From Eledone cirrhosa (lineage: Eukaryota), in assembly GCA_964016885.1 (NCBI GenBank), contig OZ024740.1, positions 247,938,001 to 248,002,000 of the forward strand: a DNA stretch of 64,000 bases, in the 5' to 3' direction. The position numbers were made by a program, and so were the translations under genes. The notes beneath the pieces are model-generated. The model was not told where the DNA came from, made no database searches, and saw only the letters and a list, made by a program, of their open reading frames with translations. The first letter of the stretch is position 1, and every line of letters begins with the position of its first letter. Shown here piece after piece: positions 23,426 to 36,885 of this stretch.

Positions 23426-23959
23426 CTCGCAGGCATAAAGAATAGAAGAGAGCACACATGCCTTGTACACCTTTACCTTTGTCTTCTTGCATATGTCTCG
23501 CCGACCCCAGAGTCGCCTTCTAGCTTTCCGAAAGCATTCACTTGCTTTCCTAATCCTGAGTGGAATTTCATAATAATAACAATAATAATAATAATAAAAA
23601 ATAATAAAAATATATATATATATATATACACACACACATATGTATATCTATATATATATATGTATATACATATATATATACACACACACATATGTATATC
23701 TATATATATGTGTGTATATACATATACACATGCACACACACGCAATAACAATTAACGGTACTGCGATCGAATGTGGCTTTTTAGCCCAGCCAATGATCTA
23801 AAATGTACAGAGTTGGCAACCAAAACATTCACTGGGAATAGCTGGCTGTGGCTGGAGTTCATGTACTTTTGCATGTCGTTTGAGCTCTCCTGCTGATTTA
23901 CTTTCTCTACCACATACTTGGCAGCCATGATGAGTAGCATCTCCAACAGCAGCCTAGTA

Positions 23960-26900
23960 GTCAACCACTGGTCTCACTTAATGACTGCGAAGATAACTTT
24001 CGAGTCCAGCTTTGCTGAGGCAGAGTCTCGCACAGACGCTGCATGTCAGCGCCATAGGAAGACATCTGATGTCTGGAAATGCAACAGCAATGCTCTTCCT
24101 CACATGCCTTTTTACTTTCTCGTGTGCGATTCGAGATGCCTCAAAGGCAACTTTCCCTTCATATACAGTCTTTCTCCATTTATTACAATCAGCAGCTACA
24201 TTTTCCCATGTATCAGCAGAGATGTTAGCGTCTTTCAAAGAGGCTTTCAAAGAATCCGTATACCTCTTTTTTGGTTTATGTGGAGGTCGTTTTCATTTAA
24301 CTAACTCTCTATTAAGAGTTGTTTTGGTATTCTAGAATCCTTCATCCTGGCAAGGTGACCACTCCATCGGAGTTTTGCTTAAGTACAAGAGCTTCAATAC
24401 TGTCACACAAGGAGATTTCCAAAATCTCAACATCACTGATGTGGTCCCTCTAGTGAACGCCATGGATCCGTCTAAGACACATCTGATGGAAATGCTCCAA
24501 GTCTGTGACCCAGGTCTCGCAGGCATAAAGAAGAGAAGAGAGCACACATGCCTTGTACACCTTTACCTTTGTCTTCTTGCATATGTCTCGCCGACCCCAG
24601 AGTCGCCTTTCTAGCTTTCCGAAAGCATTCACTTGCTTTCCTAATCCTGAGTGGAATTTCATTATCAAGATTTCTGTATCGATTGACAGTGTTTCCCAGC
24701 TAGACAAACTGATCAACCACTCCAAGTCGTTTACCATACACATAGATATTTGGCTCACTGTGCTGCTTACCAGGGGCAGGTTGGTACATGACAATGATTT
24801 TCTTGAGATTGACAGTCAATGACGGGCAGTGCAAGCATCACAAACTGCATTCAAAATGTGCTGCATATCGCAATCATCTGTGTGCGCTACAAGATCGCAA
24901 TCATCTGCATACAAGAGGTCTCTTATGATTGATGTAAATACTTTTGTTTTTGCAGCAAAGCGCCTGATGTTAAATATGCTGCCAGAGGTTGATATTGGAT
25001 GTAAACACCATATGACAAACAGGGCTGGTGCTGGAATATCCCCTGTTTCACTCCATTTTTTACTGAGATAGGCTCCGACATGTTACCTTTGACATTAACC
25101 CAAGCCTTCATGTCGTGATGGAAATACCTAACCAAAGCAAGGAACTTATCAGGACAACCAAGTTTCTGGAGAACCTTCGACAATGCATTTCTGTTAACAG
25201 TATCAAAAGCTTTTGTCAGATCGACAAAAACCTGATACAGATCCAAACTTTGTTCTGGAGCTGTCTAGCTGAGAAGATCATATCAGTGGTGCGCGTGCAG
25301 TATGAAAACCAGATTGACTTTCAGGAAGAACACAATCTGCAATGTGTGTCAGCAGACGGTCCAGAAGCACCCTACATAAAACTTTTTCCTACGACAGAAA
25401 GCAATGATATACCTCTGTAGTTTCCATAATCATTCTTGTTACTCTTTCCCTTGTACAAGACCACCATTACTGCATCCCTCCAGTCCTCAGGTACGGATTC
25501 ACTAGCCCATATCTTGCCAAACAAAGAGTGAAGATGTTGCAGGAGTCTCTCACCACCATATTGTAAGAGCTCTGCATGTATGCCATCCATACCTGGAGCC
25601 CTTCCACTGTTCAACTTCGAGATAGCTACTGCAACCTCCACAAGCGTCGGAGGTTCTGCGAGAGCTACTTTCACAGGATTTTCAGGAATGAGATTGAGAA
25701 AATCTTTATTGACGACAGACGGCTGATTCAAAAGTTCATCAAAGTGCTCTCGCCACCTTCGCAGAATTCCCTGTGAATCACGAAGAAGTTCCTTTCCATC
25801 CTTGCTGTGAAGCGGTGTCACCGGAGAAGAAGACGGTCCATAAACTTCACGCAAGAGACTGTACAACAGCTTTGTGTTATTGGAATCTGATGCAGCTTAT
25901 ATCTCATCAGCCTTCTCACTCCACCACTTATCCTTCATCTGAGAAAGCCTCCGTGTCATACGTGTTTCACATCCTTGAGTTCCTTATGTAACATAATCTT
26001 CGCCTGTGATTTTGCTGTCAAGTAGCGTGACAGAGCACGCCTCTTATCAGCCAACAAGTCATCTATATGTTCATCATTTTCATTAAACCAGTCTTGCTGT
26101 TTTCTCTGCACCAATCCCAGAACACGCCTGCCTACATCATAAACCAACTTTTTAAGGGTCGGCCAATCCTCACCAATATCTGCAACCTGCATCTCTTCTC
26201 TCAATGTCCTCTTCACATTATTATCTCTAAGACGAGCAACATTCAATCTCCTAGGCAGGGTAACACCAGGAGCCCGGATTTTACGTTTAGTGATTAGTTT
26301 CACTTTTGCGCGTACCAGGCGGTGGTCCGTCCAGCACTCAGTCAGCTCCACGACGAGCACGGACACACTGCACATCCCGTCTGTCACGCATCCTGACTAA
26401 GACATAGTCCAAAAGGTGCCATTCCTTAGATGCAGGATGTATCCATGTGGTCTAAAATCTGTTCTTTTGCTGGAACATGGTGTTGGTAACACACAGATCC
26501 AGCTCCTCACACAGCTGCAGCAGGAGCATACCATTGTTGTTACACTTCCGATTACATTCCATGTGTTAAAATCCCTACCCACTCTAGCGTTAAAGTCACC
26601 AAGTACTATGACCTTGTCTGCCTGAGGGATATTTCTTAAAACACCTTTCAAGGCATGGTAGAAAGACACTTTTTCTTCATCAACAGAATTCATAGTTGGA
26701 GCAGGGTCGCATATCTTCCTTTGTCCAGCGGAATTCTCATGGATATAAGACGTTCACTAATCCCCACTGGGAATTCTTTAAATTTATCAACAGGAGCAGT
26801 CTTAATAGCAAATGCTACCCCAGCCTCTCTTCTGGTTCCTTCATCTCTTCCTTTCTAGAAGAATGTATATTCTCCACAAAATTCTAATATTGGATAAAGC

Positions 26901-27050
26901 TACGATGTCAAGATCGTAACGTCGAAGCTCCTTTGTAACAAGAGCGGTCCTTCGTTCAGGACGTTCAGAGGAATCCCTGTCAAGCAGCGTCCAAACGTTC
27001 CAGCAGCCAATATTAAATGCCTTGTTTGGCTCTATTACAGTGGCATGATG
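23960..27050 (-). mobile_element. RTE (BovB-like) non-LTR retrotransposon, near full length, decayed
   Basis: IGCWNV.TLLD..RPERRTALV..EL.RY; LGDFNARVG; WTDHRLV; RAPGMDGIHAE; NYRGISLLS; FVDLTKAFDTV; GVKQG; LLYADD; LLYACETW; C-terminal C2H2-like CSVCAR..GLESYLRSH. Confidence 0.92.
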
Positions 27051-27419
27051 ACGAGTGGGCCCATGCCCTTATTGCCAATTATGACTTTCGTTCCAGAACC
27101 CTTATTGCCAATTATCTCTTTTATATTGTTTTGGAACATCATGAAAAAAAAAAACCTGACTTAGTGACACTTATACATACAACACACACACACACACACT
27201 CACGCACGCACGCACATACATACATGCCACTTGCCTGAGTCCCGATACGGGCAAACAACAATTCACAAGCTGAGTTTCAGCCAAATACCAAAGTCATTCC
27301 AGTTAGTAATATATATATATACATATATACAAAAAAATCCATATTAGTAGCATGACAAAGTCCGTTCATTATATTAGGCTTGTTATTGTATCATTTCTTC
27401 CTTTTCTTGTTATCCTGCT

Positions 27420-28495
27420 TCCCTTGGTTTTCAATATCGATGCTTTCATCATGGATTAGCTTCTGCCATATTGGTCTGTCATCGACATAATGCCCCCAGC
27501 AGTTAAGAATGTTACCTTTTTTTCAAAAGATCCTTGATCATGTCCTTATATCTGAAGAGAGAGCGTCCTATACGTTAACACCATCCTCAAGCTCACCAAA
27601 ATGAAGTTTCTTTATAGGTCTACAATCATCTATGCAGATGACATGGCCGACCCATCTGAGTCTATTCCTTATGAGGATAGTTTCAATGTCAGGAGTCTTT
27701 GCACATTTCAGTACCTCATCGTTTGTGACAAAGTGATCCCATTTGATATCAAGAATGAACCTAAGGTGCCGTTGCTTAACTGTTCTTAAGTGTCTTATGT
27801 GGTAACGACAAGAGAGGAGTCACACATTGGTTATAAACTTTACGTTTAGTCTCAGAGGTCAGTTCCCTGGATTCAAAGACTCTCACTCCTACAGCAGCTT
27901 GAATACATGCACTAAGCTCTTCATCTTTGGTGACATAGCTGCCAAGATATTTGAAGCGTTCCAATCTGGCAAGTTTTTGCCCATCAATGAAAAAAATCAA
28001 CTTGCTCTCCGACACTCATTGTTTCAGTCTTATTAATGTTGATATGAAGGGCTGTTTTCAATGAAACTGTGTTATATGTAGATAACAGCTGCTGTAGAGC
28101 AATGGGATCATTGCAGAAAACAGCAATGTCGTCAGCATATTGGGCCTCCCTTATGAAATCATGAAGTATCATTGTCTTGGACTTGAGGCAATGAAGATCA
28201 AAAATATCACCATCATATCTAAAGCATACTTGGATGCTGTGGGAAGAGCTGACTTCTTTGAAGGCTATAAAAAGCAGTACAGCAGCGTAGAGCCCAAATA
28301 GTGTAGGGGCAAGTTTACAGCCTTGCTTCGCCCCACTATTGTAGTTGATAGAGCTCAACAGTTTGCCATCTATAATAAGCCTAGCATTCATATTTGAAGA
28401 TAGAGTCCTAATGATGTTAACAAATTTTGCTGGACAGCCAAGCTTTCTCGGGATTTCGAAGAGTAGTTCTCAACTGACGCAGTCAGAAGCCTTGG
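27420..28495 (-). mobile_element. RTE (BovB-like) RT and 3' fragment
   Basis: SGAKQGCKLAPTLF, FRYDGDIFDL, IREAQYADD, FKYLGS. Confidence 0.85.
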
Positions 28496-28959
28496 GGAAG
28501 TCTATATGCGTGCAAAGCTAATGAGAAATCTGCAGATACTCCACCCTGACTATACCTTCAGATTTATGCCTGTGATTATTGGGGCACTGGGATATGTTAG
28601 TAACTGCCTCAGTAAAAGAAAAGAATTATTCAGAATTGTTTCCCATTATGGCACATCCAAATTGAAGTCACCAGAACTCTCTCCAAAAATGAAATCAATT
28701 TCAATTATAGTCATGAAATGTAAGGGGGATAACTCTGAATTTCACATTAACTAAGAATTGTTGGGTGCCCTTCCCATCTCCAACCACTCCAAAATGGGAC
28801 ATCAGCTAAGACCATGTGTTGGGAGGAGGTATGAGGTGTGCGCAGTGAGGGTTGTAGTGGTGTTGTGGATAGCTGTTAGTGAGCTGTGGTGAAAGAGAGG
28901 GGTGCCAAATTGCATGTTGTAGATCAGGTCTTCTTCAGCACCACATAGCACCAGTCCCC

Positions 28960-30330
28960 ACGTCCTTTAGTCATTTCTGTTGTGAGGTTTAGTTTTTTTA
29001 AGATCAGCCTTCACAACCTCATCCAATGTCTTCCTAGGTCTACCTCTTTCATGGGTCTCAGTAACTGGGATTTCTCTGCATTTTTTTATGCAGCTGTTAT
29101 CTTCCATGTGCATCACATGTCCATACCAAAGCTATTTTCTTTTTTGCACACTACATCCAATTCCTTTTTTGACAAGTTTTTCTCTCAGTTTGCTTATGCT
29201 ATGTTGCTCATGTACACCATCAGAGCATACTTGACTCATTTCTTACTAGTCTCCACAGTTCTTCTGCAGTCAAGGCCCATGTTTTTCTGCCATGTAACAT
29301 TGCAGTTCACATACAGGCATCCTTCACTCTGAGAGAAAATCATTTTGTTGTTAACAATTGTAATAGATCTTCCAGCTTGTTTTTATCCAAGCTATCACAC
29401 TTTCAGCGCATCCTCCGCCACTGCTAATTTGATCACTTATGTAACGAAAGCTGTTACCAACTTCTATAGGGCCTCCCTGGCAGCTGAGGGAATCTATTTC
29501 ATGTGTGTTCTTTGTGCTCACTCCCCCATTACATCTGCCGCATGTAAAGTCTATATTTTCCATTAGCCTGCCTGCAATCCCACTACATCTCTTGTGTATC
29601 CCTAGTTTACATTGAGTGCACCTTATCGAATTTCTGCCCTCCCCTTTCTGACATATTGAACAAGGCCATTTCCCCTATGGTATAACCTTCCTGACTTCTT
29701 TTCTGCTTATGAGGACTTTTGTCTTAGTTAAATTTTGTCTAGGTTCTTCTTCAATGCTTGAAATTTTGCCTCTAATTCTCCTACGGATCCAGCTATGAGG
29801 ACTAGGTCATCAGCCTATAGGAGCTACCATACGATGCCAGTTTTAAACTCCTCAATGATGGCCTGAAGGACGATGATAAATGGGAGTGGGCTGAAGACTG
29901 ATCCCACCTGCACTTCAAATTCATCCCTATATTGATGGCCAACTCTTACTCTGCTGGTTGCTTCTCTACACATGACCTTCATGGCCCTCACAAGCCATTC
30001 ATCTACACACAGATTCCTGAGTGCCCACCAGATTATAGATCTTGGGACTCTGTCGAAGGCATTCTCTAGATCCACAAATGCTAGATACAATGTCTTATTC
30101 TTAGCTAAATACTTCTCCTGTAATTGACTGACCAGAAAGAGGGCATCAGTGATACCTCTACCTGGCATAAATCCAAACTGCATCTCATCTAACTTGATTC
30201 TTCCCCTAATTAGCTGCATTATAACCCTTTTAGCAACTTTCATGACCTGGTCCATCAGCTTGATGTCTCTATAGTTACTTCACTCTCGAGTGTCTCATTT
30301 TCCCTTGTAGCAATTTACGGGAATATTGCT
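28960..30330 (-). mobile_element. RTE-clade retrotransposon fragment (family with PHD-like insert)
   Basis: MQFGFMPGRG.TDA.F, LAFVDLE.AFDRVPR, LL*ADDL, followed by a Cys/His-rich insert (DFTCGRC). Confidence 0.87.
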
Positions 30331-30789
30331 GCACCATCATCATCATCATCATCATTTTACGTCAGCTTTTCCCTGCTTGCAAGGGCATGTGTGTGTATAT
30401 ATAAAACATTAAATAGAAAGGTTTGAAGCGATGTGTGTATATGAATATTCGTAAAATTTGAGTGTTCTCAACACAGAAGGTAGCCGTTACCAGCTGTATA
30501 CTATTTGCATAGTAAAATTTTTGGGGTTAATATATAACCAACATATATATAATGTGTGTGTGTATAGTGGAAGCCAACTCATGTCTGTGTACAGCCACTT
30601 CTTATGAATAAAAAATGTGTTATTGATGTTGTTGTCACTAATGTCAACAAACCAGGAAGTGACTTGTCATACCACACAGAGTGAAAGTAAATTTCCCACC
30701 TGCTTGAGGTTGATTGGCAAGGCATGCATTGTGGTGCTGTATTATCCAAGTGACAGACTTTGGCACAGATGTCACAAGCAAAATCAAGG

Positions 30790-31110
30790 TGTATGGGGTC
30801 CTCATGAGTATGACGTCTGCTATGGCTTAGTAGCCGAGCCTTTGACATGCATACACGTCTGCTTCCCTCATAGGTTTCTTTTGAACCCCATTTTGAGAGT
30901 GGACAAATATCCCCCATACATTTAGCTGCTCGTTTCACTTCATCTTCTTTTCAAATTCCTTAACACTGACAGCAATGAGATTTTGCCACTGGGTTCTGTC
31001 TGTTGCAAGATTTTCCCTTGTTTCGGCGTTGATCTTAACTTCCTTCAGGGTATCTTTCAGGCAGTCTTTAAAGCACTTGTGTGTCTTGCATTGCAGTCAT
31101 TTGCCTTACA
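30790..31110 (-). mobile_element. RTE 3' fragment with C2H2-like tail
   Basis: Minus-strand reading FKDCLKDTLK..ENLATDRTQW..; LLSHSRRH..ACDICAKVC. Confidence 0.65.
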
Positions 31111-31343
31111 ATAACTTACAATGACTTTCTGGGTGTCTGTTAGTACATTACCACTGTCTTTTTCAGGCTGATTGTCAGCCTAAACTCATCACATGTTGAG
31201 AAACAGTAGTCTGCATGAAGAAAATCATATATCAGTGCAATACACGTTTTTGTTGCAGCAAGGAATCATTGGATGTTAAAAAGCATCCTGTTGTTTGATA
31301 ACATATATATATGCCATTAAGAAGATGGCATACAAATGTATAT

Positions 31344-31926
31344 ATATAATTAGTTACAACAGTGACATATACAGGTACTTAAGTTTCGTTGGGTTATACA
31401 CTCGTGACGTTATTTTTGAGGTTCCACACATGGTTCACGAGCTGAGTGGTATGTTTTTTGTCAGGGCATCCTGACAAAAACATGCGACTCAGCACGCAAA
31501 CCATGTGTAGAAAATAATTGCACAGCATTTTCCATTAAATGGAGTATATTAGAAAAATCCACCCCCTAGGTTAATGGGACAAAATTTTTCTGGTTGTGTA
31601 ACTCGGAAAAGTGAAATATACTCTCACAACTGGTTTCAGAGAAACACTGCTTTAATCGCTGTCCATACAAAGCAAAATTTAATTTCTTTGAATTACTAAC
31701 TTTGCATATGTAGTTTTTCTATAGTTACCTCCCTTTACATAGCTAAAGGTTTTATTTATTTATAGCTAAATTCGAGATTACCTGCCCTTATAAAACTCAA
31801 GTATTTTCTAAAAACTCCAAGATAATCTGTGGAGGTAGCCATTTATATAACAGGCTGAAAGAGTTTGGGTGTATAACCAAACAAAACTTAAGTACCTGTA
31901 TATGTCACTGTTGTAACTAATTATAT
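31344..31926. mobile_element. MITE-like element with ~57-bp terminal inverted repeats
   Basis: ATATAATTAGTTACAACAGTGACATATACAGGTACTTAAGTTT..GGTTATACAC at 31344-31401 is inverted at ~31869-31926; no ORF. Confidence 0.85.
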
Positions 31927-32075
31927 TTAGCTTGTCCTCTGGACTGAGTGCTCTTACACTTTAATATTTCAACCAAACTCATATATATGTGTGTATGTGA
32001 GTGAGTCCCAGGTTCAATCAGGGGTAAACACAGTAAGCAAGGTATTCAATACATTAGTAAAGAGTAAACAAAATT

Positions 32076-32173
32076 TAATATAGAAATGGCTGCTACAGGA
32101 CTAGAACTGTTTCATTCTGATGATTTTTTTCAAACGAAACAGTTCTAGTCCTGTAGGAGCCATTTCTATATTA
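32076..32173. repeat. ~100-bp palindrome (38-bp arms)
   Basis: TAATATAGAAATGGCTGCTACAGGACTAGAACTGTTTC ... GAAACAGTTCTAGTCCTGTAGGAGCCATTTCTATATTA, one mismatch. Confidence 0.9.
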
Positions 32174-32419
32174 ATTTCATATATATATATATATATCGAC
32201 TTCCATCAAATCGGACCGAGGAAACAATGCTTCCATTGGTCTTTCCAATTGATAATACTATCTATTGGCTGCAACTCCAGGTAGAAGGAGCAATGTGAAA
32301 TAAAGGACATAACGCATCGCCTGGTCCAGGAATCGAACTCACAACTTCACGATTACAAATCCAATTCGCTAACCACTCAGCCACATGCCTCCTATATATA
32401 TATACTCACATATATTTAA

Positions 32420-33450
32420 AAAAATGTAGTGAGATCACAGGTAAGCTATCTAAGAATGTAGATTTTATATGTGGCCGATGCTCAGGTGCAGTAAGTAGCG
32501 AGTGCCCACTGGATACTAATTCCTTCAAATGGCCAGATAGTTCTATAGAAATGGTAGACACCTTCTGTTACCTGGGTGACAAAATAAGCAGTAGAGGAGG
32601 GTGTTCTGAAAGTACAGTAACCAGAGTTAGAACGGGATAAAAAAAGTTCAGAGAGCTAATACTGCTGTTGGCCACAAAGGGTTTTTCTCTAAAAATGAAA
32701 GGCAAATTGTATGATGCTTGTATATGAATGGTAATGTTACATGGTAGTGAGACCTGGGTGTTGTGTGGAGAAGACTTGCATAGATTAGAAAGAAATGAAG
32801 CTTGCATGCTTTGATGGATGTCTAATGTATGCAAACGGCAAAGTATAAATGAATTGGGAGAGAGATTAAGCATAAAAGGTATCAAATGTTGAGTGCAGGA
32901 GAAGAGATTGCATTGGTATGGACATGTGATGCGTATGAAGGACAATAGCTGTATAAAAAAATTGATGGAAGCTACAGAGTGGGTAGACTAAGAAAAACCT
33001 GACGAGATGATAAAAACTGACCTTGTTCACTTACACCTCTCTAAAACAATGTCACTGGATCGAGATCTTTGGTGCTATGCAGTTATACAGAAGACCCGCC
33101 TTCCCTTGCGTACAAACTTAAACTTACAGTCAGTAGGCACCTCTTAACCCAATATAAACCCCACCTCACCCCTACTCCATCCTCCCACTTCTGTCCACTG
33201 GAAAGTGGTCGTGTAGTGGCATGACAAAAAGCACCCAGTCCACACTGTAAAGTGGTTGTGTAGGAGACACGGTAAAAAGACTCCCAGTCCACACTGTAAA
33301 TGTGGTTGGTGTTAGGAAGGGCATCCAGCTATAGAAAACCTGCCAGAAAGTTCTGTAGGAGTGAGACACGGTCACCCAACCAATCTTGCCTCAAGTAGGA
33401 CATACCATCTTCCACACTAGCATGGATTGGACGTTAAACAATGACGATGA
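32420..33450 (+). mobile_element. 5'-truncated RTE copy (PHD-insert family) with 3'UTR and GAT tail
   Basis: Highly similar to 60355-61393; FCYLGD, LHGSETW, WYGHVMR; ends GGACGTTAAACAATGACGATGATG. Confidence 0.88.
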
Positions 33451-33829
33451 TGTATATATATATATACATACACATACATTCATTCATACATTCATATGTA
33501 CACATGAACACACACACACACACAGTATAATTTGCAGCATATGTATATATACACTTGAAAAGAAAAACTGAACTCAAAATAGATAAAAATTGGAATTTAT
33601 TGGATAAAATCTTTTTTTATATATATATATATATTTAATTGAACATAATTAAAACAATTCTTTTTAACAGATTTTATACAAAAACAAATTTTTTTATGTT
33701 AATGACACCAATAATTCTTTTAAGTTTTTTTTTTCTTTTTACCTTAACCACACAGAACAGTAAACTTTGAGTAACCTACCAATGAATGTCATAAATTTTA
33801 CCAATACACATTAAGCAACTTAGTTTTCA

Positions 33830-34040
33830 GAGTGTTGGTCTCATGAATGTAAGCTCATAGATTTGAACCCTGAGCCAGGAGGCACGTTGTGTCCTTGAGC
33901 ATGACACTTCATTTCCTGTTGCTCCAATCCACTCAGCTGAAAAAAACAAGTGCCAACAACAACTTGAGGATTAACCTTGCAATGGACTAGCATCCCATCC
34001 AAGTATAAGTCTTGTAGTCTCAGTCACTTAACACAGCTTC
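33830..34040 (+). mobile_element. tRNA-derived SINE, decayed
   Basis: B-box-like GATTTGAACCC followed by GTTGTGTCCTTGAGC..CACTT..TTGCTCCAATCCACTCAGCTG, shared with 47795-48120. Confidence 0.65.
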
Positions 34041-34069
34041 TGGTCTTCAGAATGAATTTATCGTTTTTC

Positions 34070-34520
34070 AAACAATACACATCAAACAGTCCACCATTAC
34101 ACATTAGGCAGCCTGTCAATACATATCAAATAATCTACCAATATGTATGAAACAGTCTACCAATATATGAGCGTAGGCTGGAAATTTCATAGGCTGACTA
34201 TGAAGGAGTGATGTGAGAGAACTGTGAAATCTTGCATGTATTAATTTCAACTCTTCTTATTAATAACTGTATTGCTTTTTCCAAGGACTATGTTAAAAAA
34301 ATAAACCTTATTTGGTCATTCCATGAGAATATCTTGATCAGCCTAAGAACTTTTCAGCCCTGTATATCAAACAGTCTACCAATGTACATCAAACAGTCTA
34401 CCAACACATATCAAACAGTCTGCCAATGTACATCAAACATGCTACCAATGACATACAGTCTACCGATACACATTGGACAGTTTGCCAGTACATCTCTGTC
34501 TACCAATCCACAAACATCAG
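34070..34520. repeat. Degenerate ~22-bp minisatellite interrupted by a MITE
   Basis: Repeated CATCAAACAGTCTACCAAT-like units on both sides of 34166-34364. Confidence 0.75.
34166..34364. mobile_element. Small mariner-type MITE
   Basis: Imperfect TIRs GGCTGGAAATTTCATAGGCTGA / TCAGCCTAAGAACTTTTCAGCC in a TA context. Confidence 0.65.
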
Positions 34521-35342
34521 ACTAGAATTATACACTCAAAAATCTAATCAACTTGAACTAGTGTAGCAGGAATTCATCAATGCAGTAGCAGCTGATAAGA
34601 GGCATCAACAGTAAATTGTTTTAATTAAGAGAACTACATTTAGAATTAGGTGTTACATGGGGTAGGATTAGTGTATAGAGGCACAACCACCTAGATAACT
34701 TTACACCAAAATTTTCCCAACTGCATGTCACAACACTTTAGTGTGGCACTAATAATCTCTCAGTGTTTCCAAATTAAGTCAAATCAAGTTTTCAATCAGC
34801 CGTGAAGTATATTTGAGATCTAACAACTCTAGATGTAGTTAGACACGTAACTGGTGACATGTGATATATTTAATTGTTTATTAGTTTTGTTAATTACAAG
34901 AAATTAACAAAACTTTTGTTAATTTCTTGTAACTAACAAAACTTAATCAATGTGTCAAAAAAGTTATATTTTTTTAAATGTGTTGTCAATGTTTGAACAC
35001 TAGAAATCTCTGCTTTACATTAATAGCTATCAACAGAAACTGCTGGGAAACAGACTAACCATGCTTACCATATTACTCAGCATTTCCTAAAATAAATCTC
35101 ATAAATTTACCATGCACCTTAGAGGAAAATGATTAAGTTAAAGTACCTGAAAGTACTGAGACCTTGTTTTATTTTTCTATTTTACATTCACATGAACGAA
35201 CAGTAGCAATGCTCATTGTTGTTATTATTGTTGTTGGTGTTTAGCCCCAAATCAGTCTTTATATATTGTGATATATATTTTATCAAGACTTCAAAGAATA
35301 CTGCAGAAAGATGTGAAAACATTTCTAAATACATATGAAATA

Positions 35343-35934
35343 CAGTAATCACCCGCTATATCACGGTTCACTTTCCACGCTCCCGCTACATCACGGATTT
35401 TTCTTTGGAATGTATCTAATTTCCTATCGCAGTAATCCTCGCTACATCGTGGATTTTTCGTTAGAACATATATATTTTTTATCGCGGTACGTACATCTGA
35501 ATAGAAAGTGTTTAAATTTTAAACTTATTAAATAAATTTTGATGTGATAACTATAAAAAAATGTTTTTATTTTTCCTTCCATTACTGTTTTATCGATTGC
35601 GTTTTTCTCTAATCAACTACAAACCCTTCATAGATTGACAGGAGATGTGCAGTGTATTACCAAGTGGCTAATGTGGCTGGTAATAGTCGTCGTTGGTAAC
35701 TAGTGGTACAATGGTTGGTGTTAGTTTCTATACAATCGTTACTGATTATTTTTGGTGTTTATATACAAAAGTGTGTTTTAATGTGTTTATATGTACTTAA
35801 AGCATGTAAGAGAGGTATTTTAAGACTTAAACTATGAAAACAATGGTTGTCTTTATGGTCTCTCTATATCGCAGATTTTCATTTATCGCGGTTGGTTCTG
35901 GAACATATCCTCCGTGATAAACAGAGGATTACTG
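35343..35934. mobile_element. pogo/Tigger-type MITE
   Basis: TA-CAGTAATCACCCGCTATATCACGG ... CCGTGATAAACAGAGGATTACTG-TA: imperfect TIRs with TA target-site duplication. Confidence 0.85.
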
Positions 35935-36579
35935 TATATCTATTAACTTATTTTATAGCATGTAACATTTGAACTTGGCTATTTTTGTAGACATCTTAAT
36001 GGAGGGGAAGGGTTAGATGTTTAATTTGAAATTACAGAAAGTTCACTTTGGAACTAATCTAATTTTTCATTTGTTTTTACACAACAAAATTGATTTCTAA
36101 TTTAGGCACAAGCCAGCAAATTTGGGTAAGGTGAAGGCTGACTAAATCAACCCAAGTACTTGACTAGTACTTCATTTTATCAACTCCAAAAGGATGAAAG
36201 GTAAAGGTGGCCTCAGAATGTGAAGAATCAGAACACATTTTATCCAGAAATCTACTAATTCTTCCAATCCACAACAATATTATTAACCATTGTGTCAATT
36301 GCTTTAAAACAATGAAAGATTGGTGAACTGCTAATGCCAAGTAATAGTTTTGGAAATACATTTCTTAATTCCAAAATAAAACAAAATGTTTAACTTTTAC
36401 ACATCCATATTGTAAATAAAATGGAAATTTGAAACAAACAGACATCAAGTTATTTGCACACAGACTTAATACTGTATCAAGGTAATTCACACACATGCAG
36501 GATGAGATAGCCCAGTTGTGCGAACAATGGAACTTTACCTCTCCATTGAATTACAGTCCATGTTTTGTAGTAGTTGTTG

Positions 36580-36885
36580 TGTTCAATCTCCATAATTTCT
36601 TCCAAGGAGCCTTCCAGTTTGAGCAATATGCTCATGAAATTTACATGCAAGTGGCTGAGCTTTGCACACATGTGTACCCTTAACGTTGTTCTTAGGAAAA
36701 TTTAAGATGCTGTAGTGTGCAACAAGACTGACCCTTTGAATTACAGGTACAACTCATTTTTACCAGTTGAATAGACAGGAGCAATATAAAACAAACTGTC
36801 TTGCTCAAGGACATCATGTGCTTTGGGGAAACTTACAATCTTATAACCGTGAGCCAAACACCCTAACAACTAAACCACGCACATT
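36580..36885 (-). mobile_element. tRNA-derived SINE (same family at ~51270-51520; related heads at ~32260-32392 and ~55480-55625)
   Basis: Shared blocks GTACCCTTAA.GT..TTCT.AGG.AAATT.A, CCCTTTGAATT..A.GT.ACAACTCATTTTT.CCAG.TGA..GGAGCAAT.T.AAA.AAA.TGT.TTGCTCAA. Confidence 0.7.
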
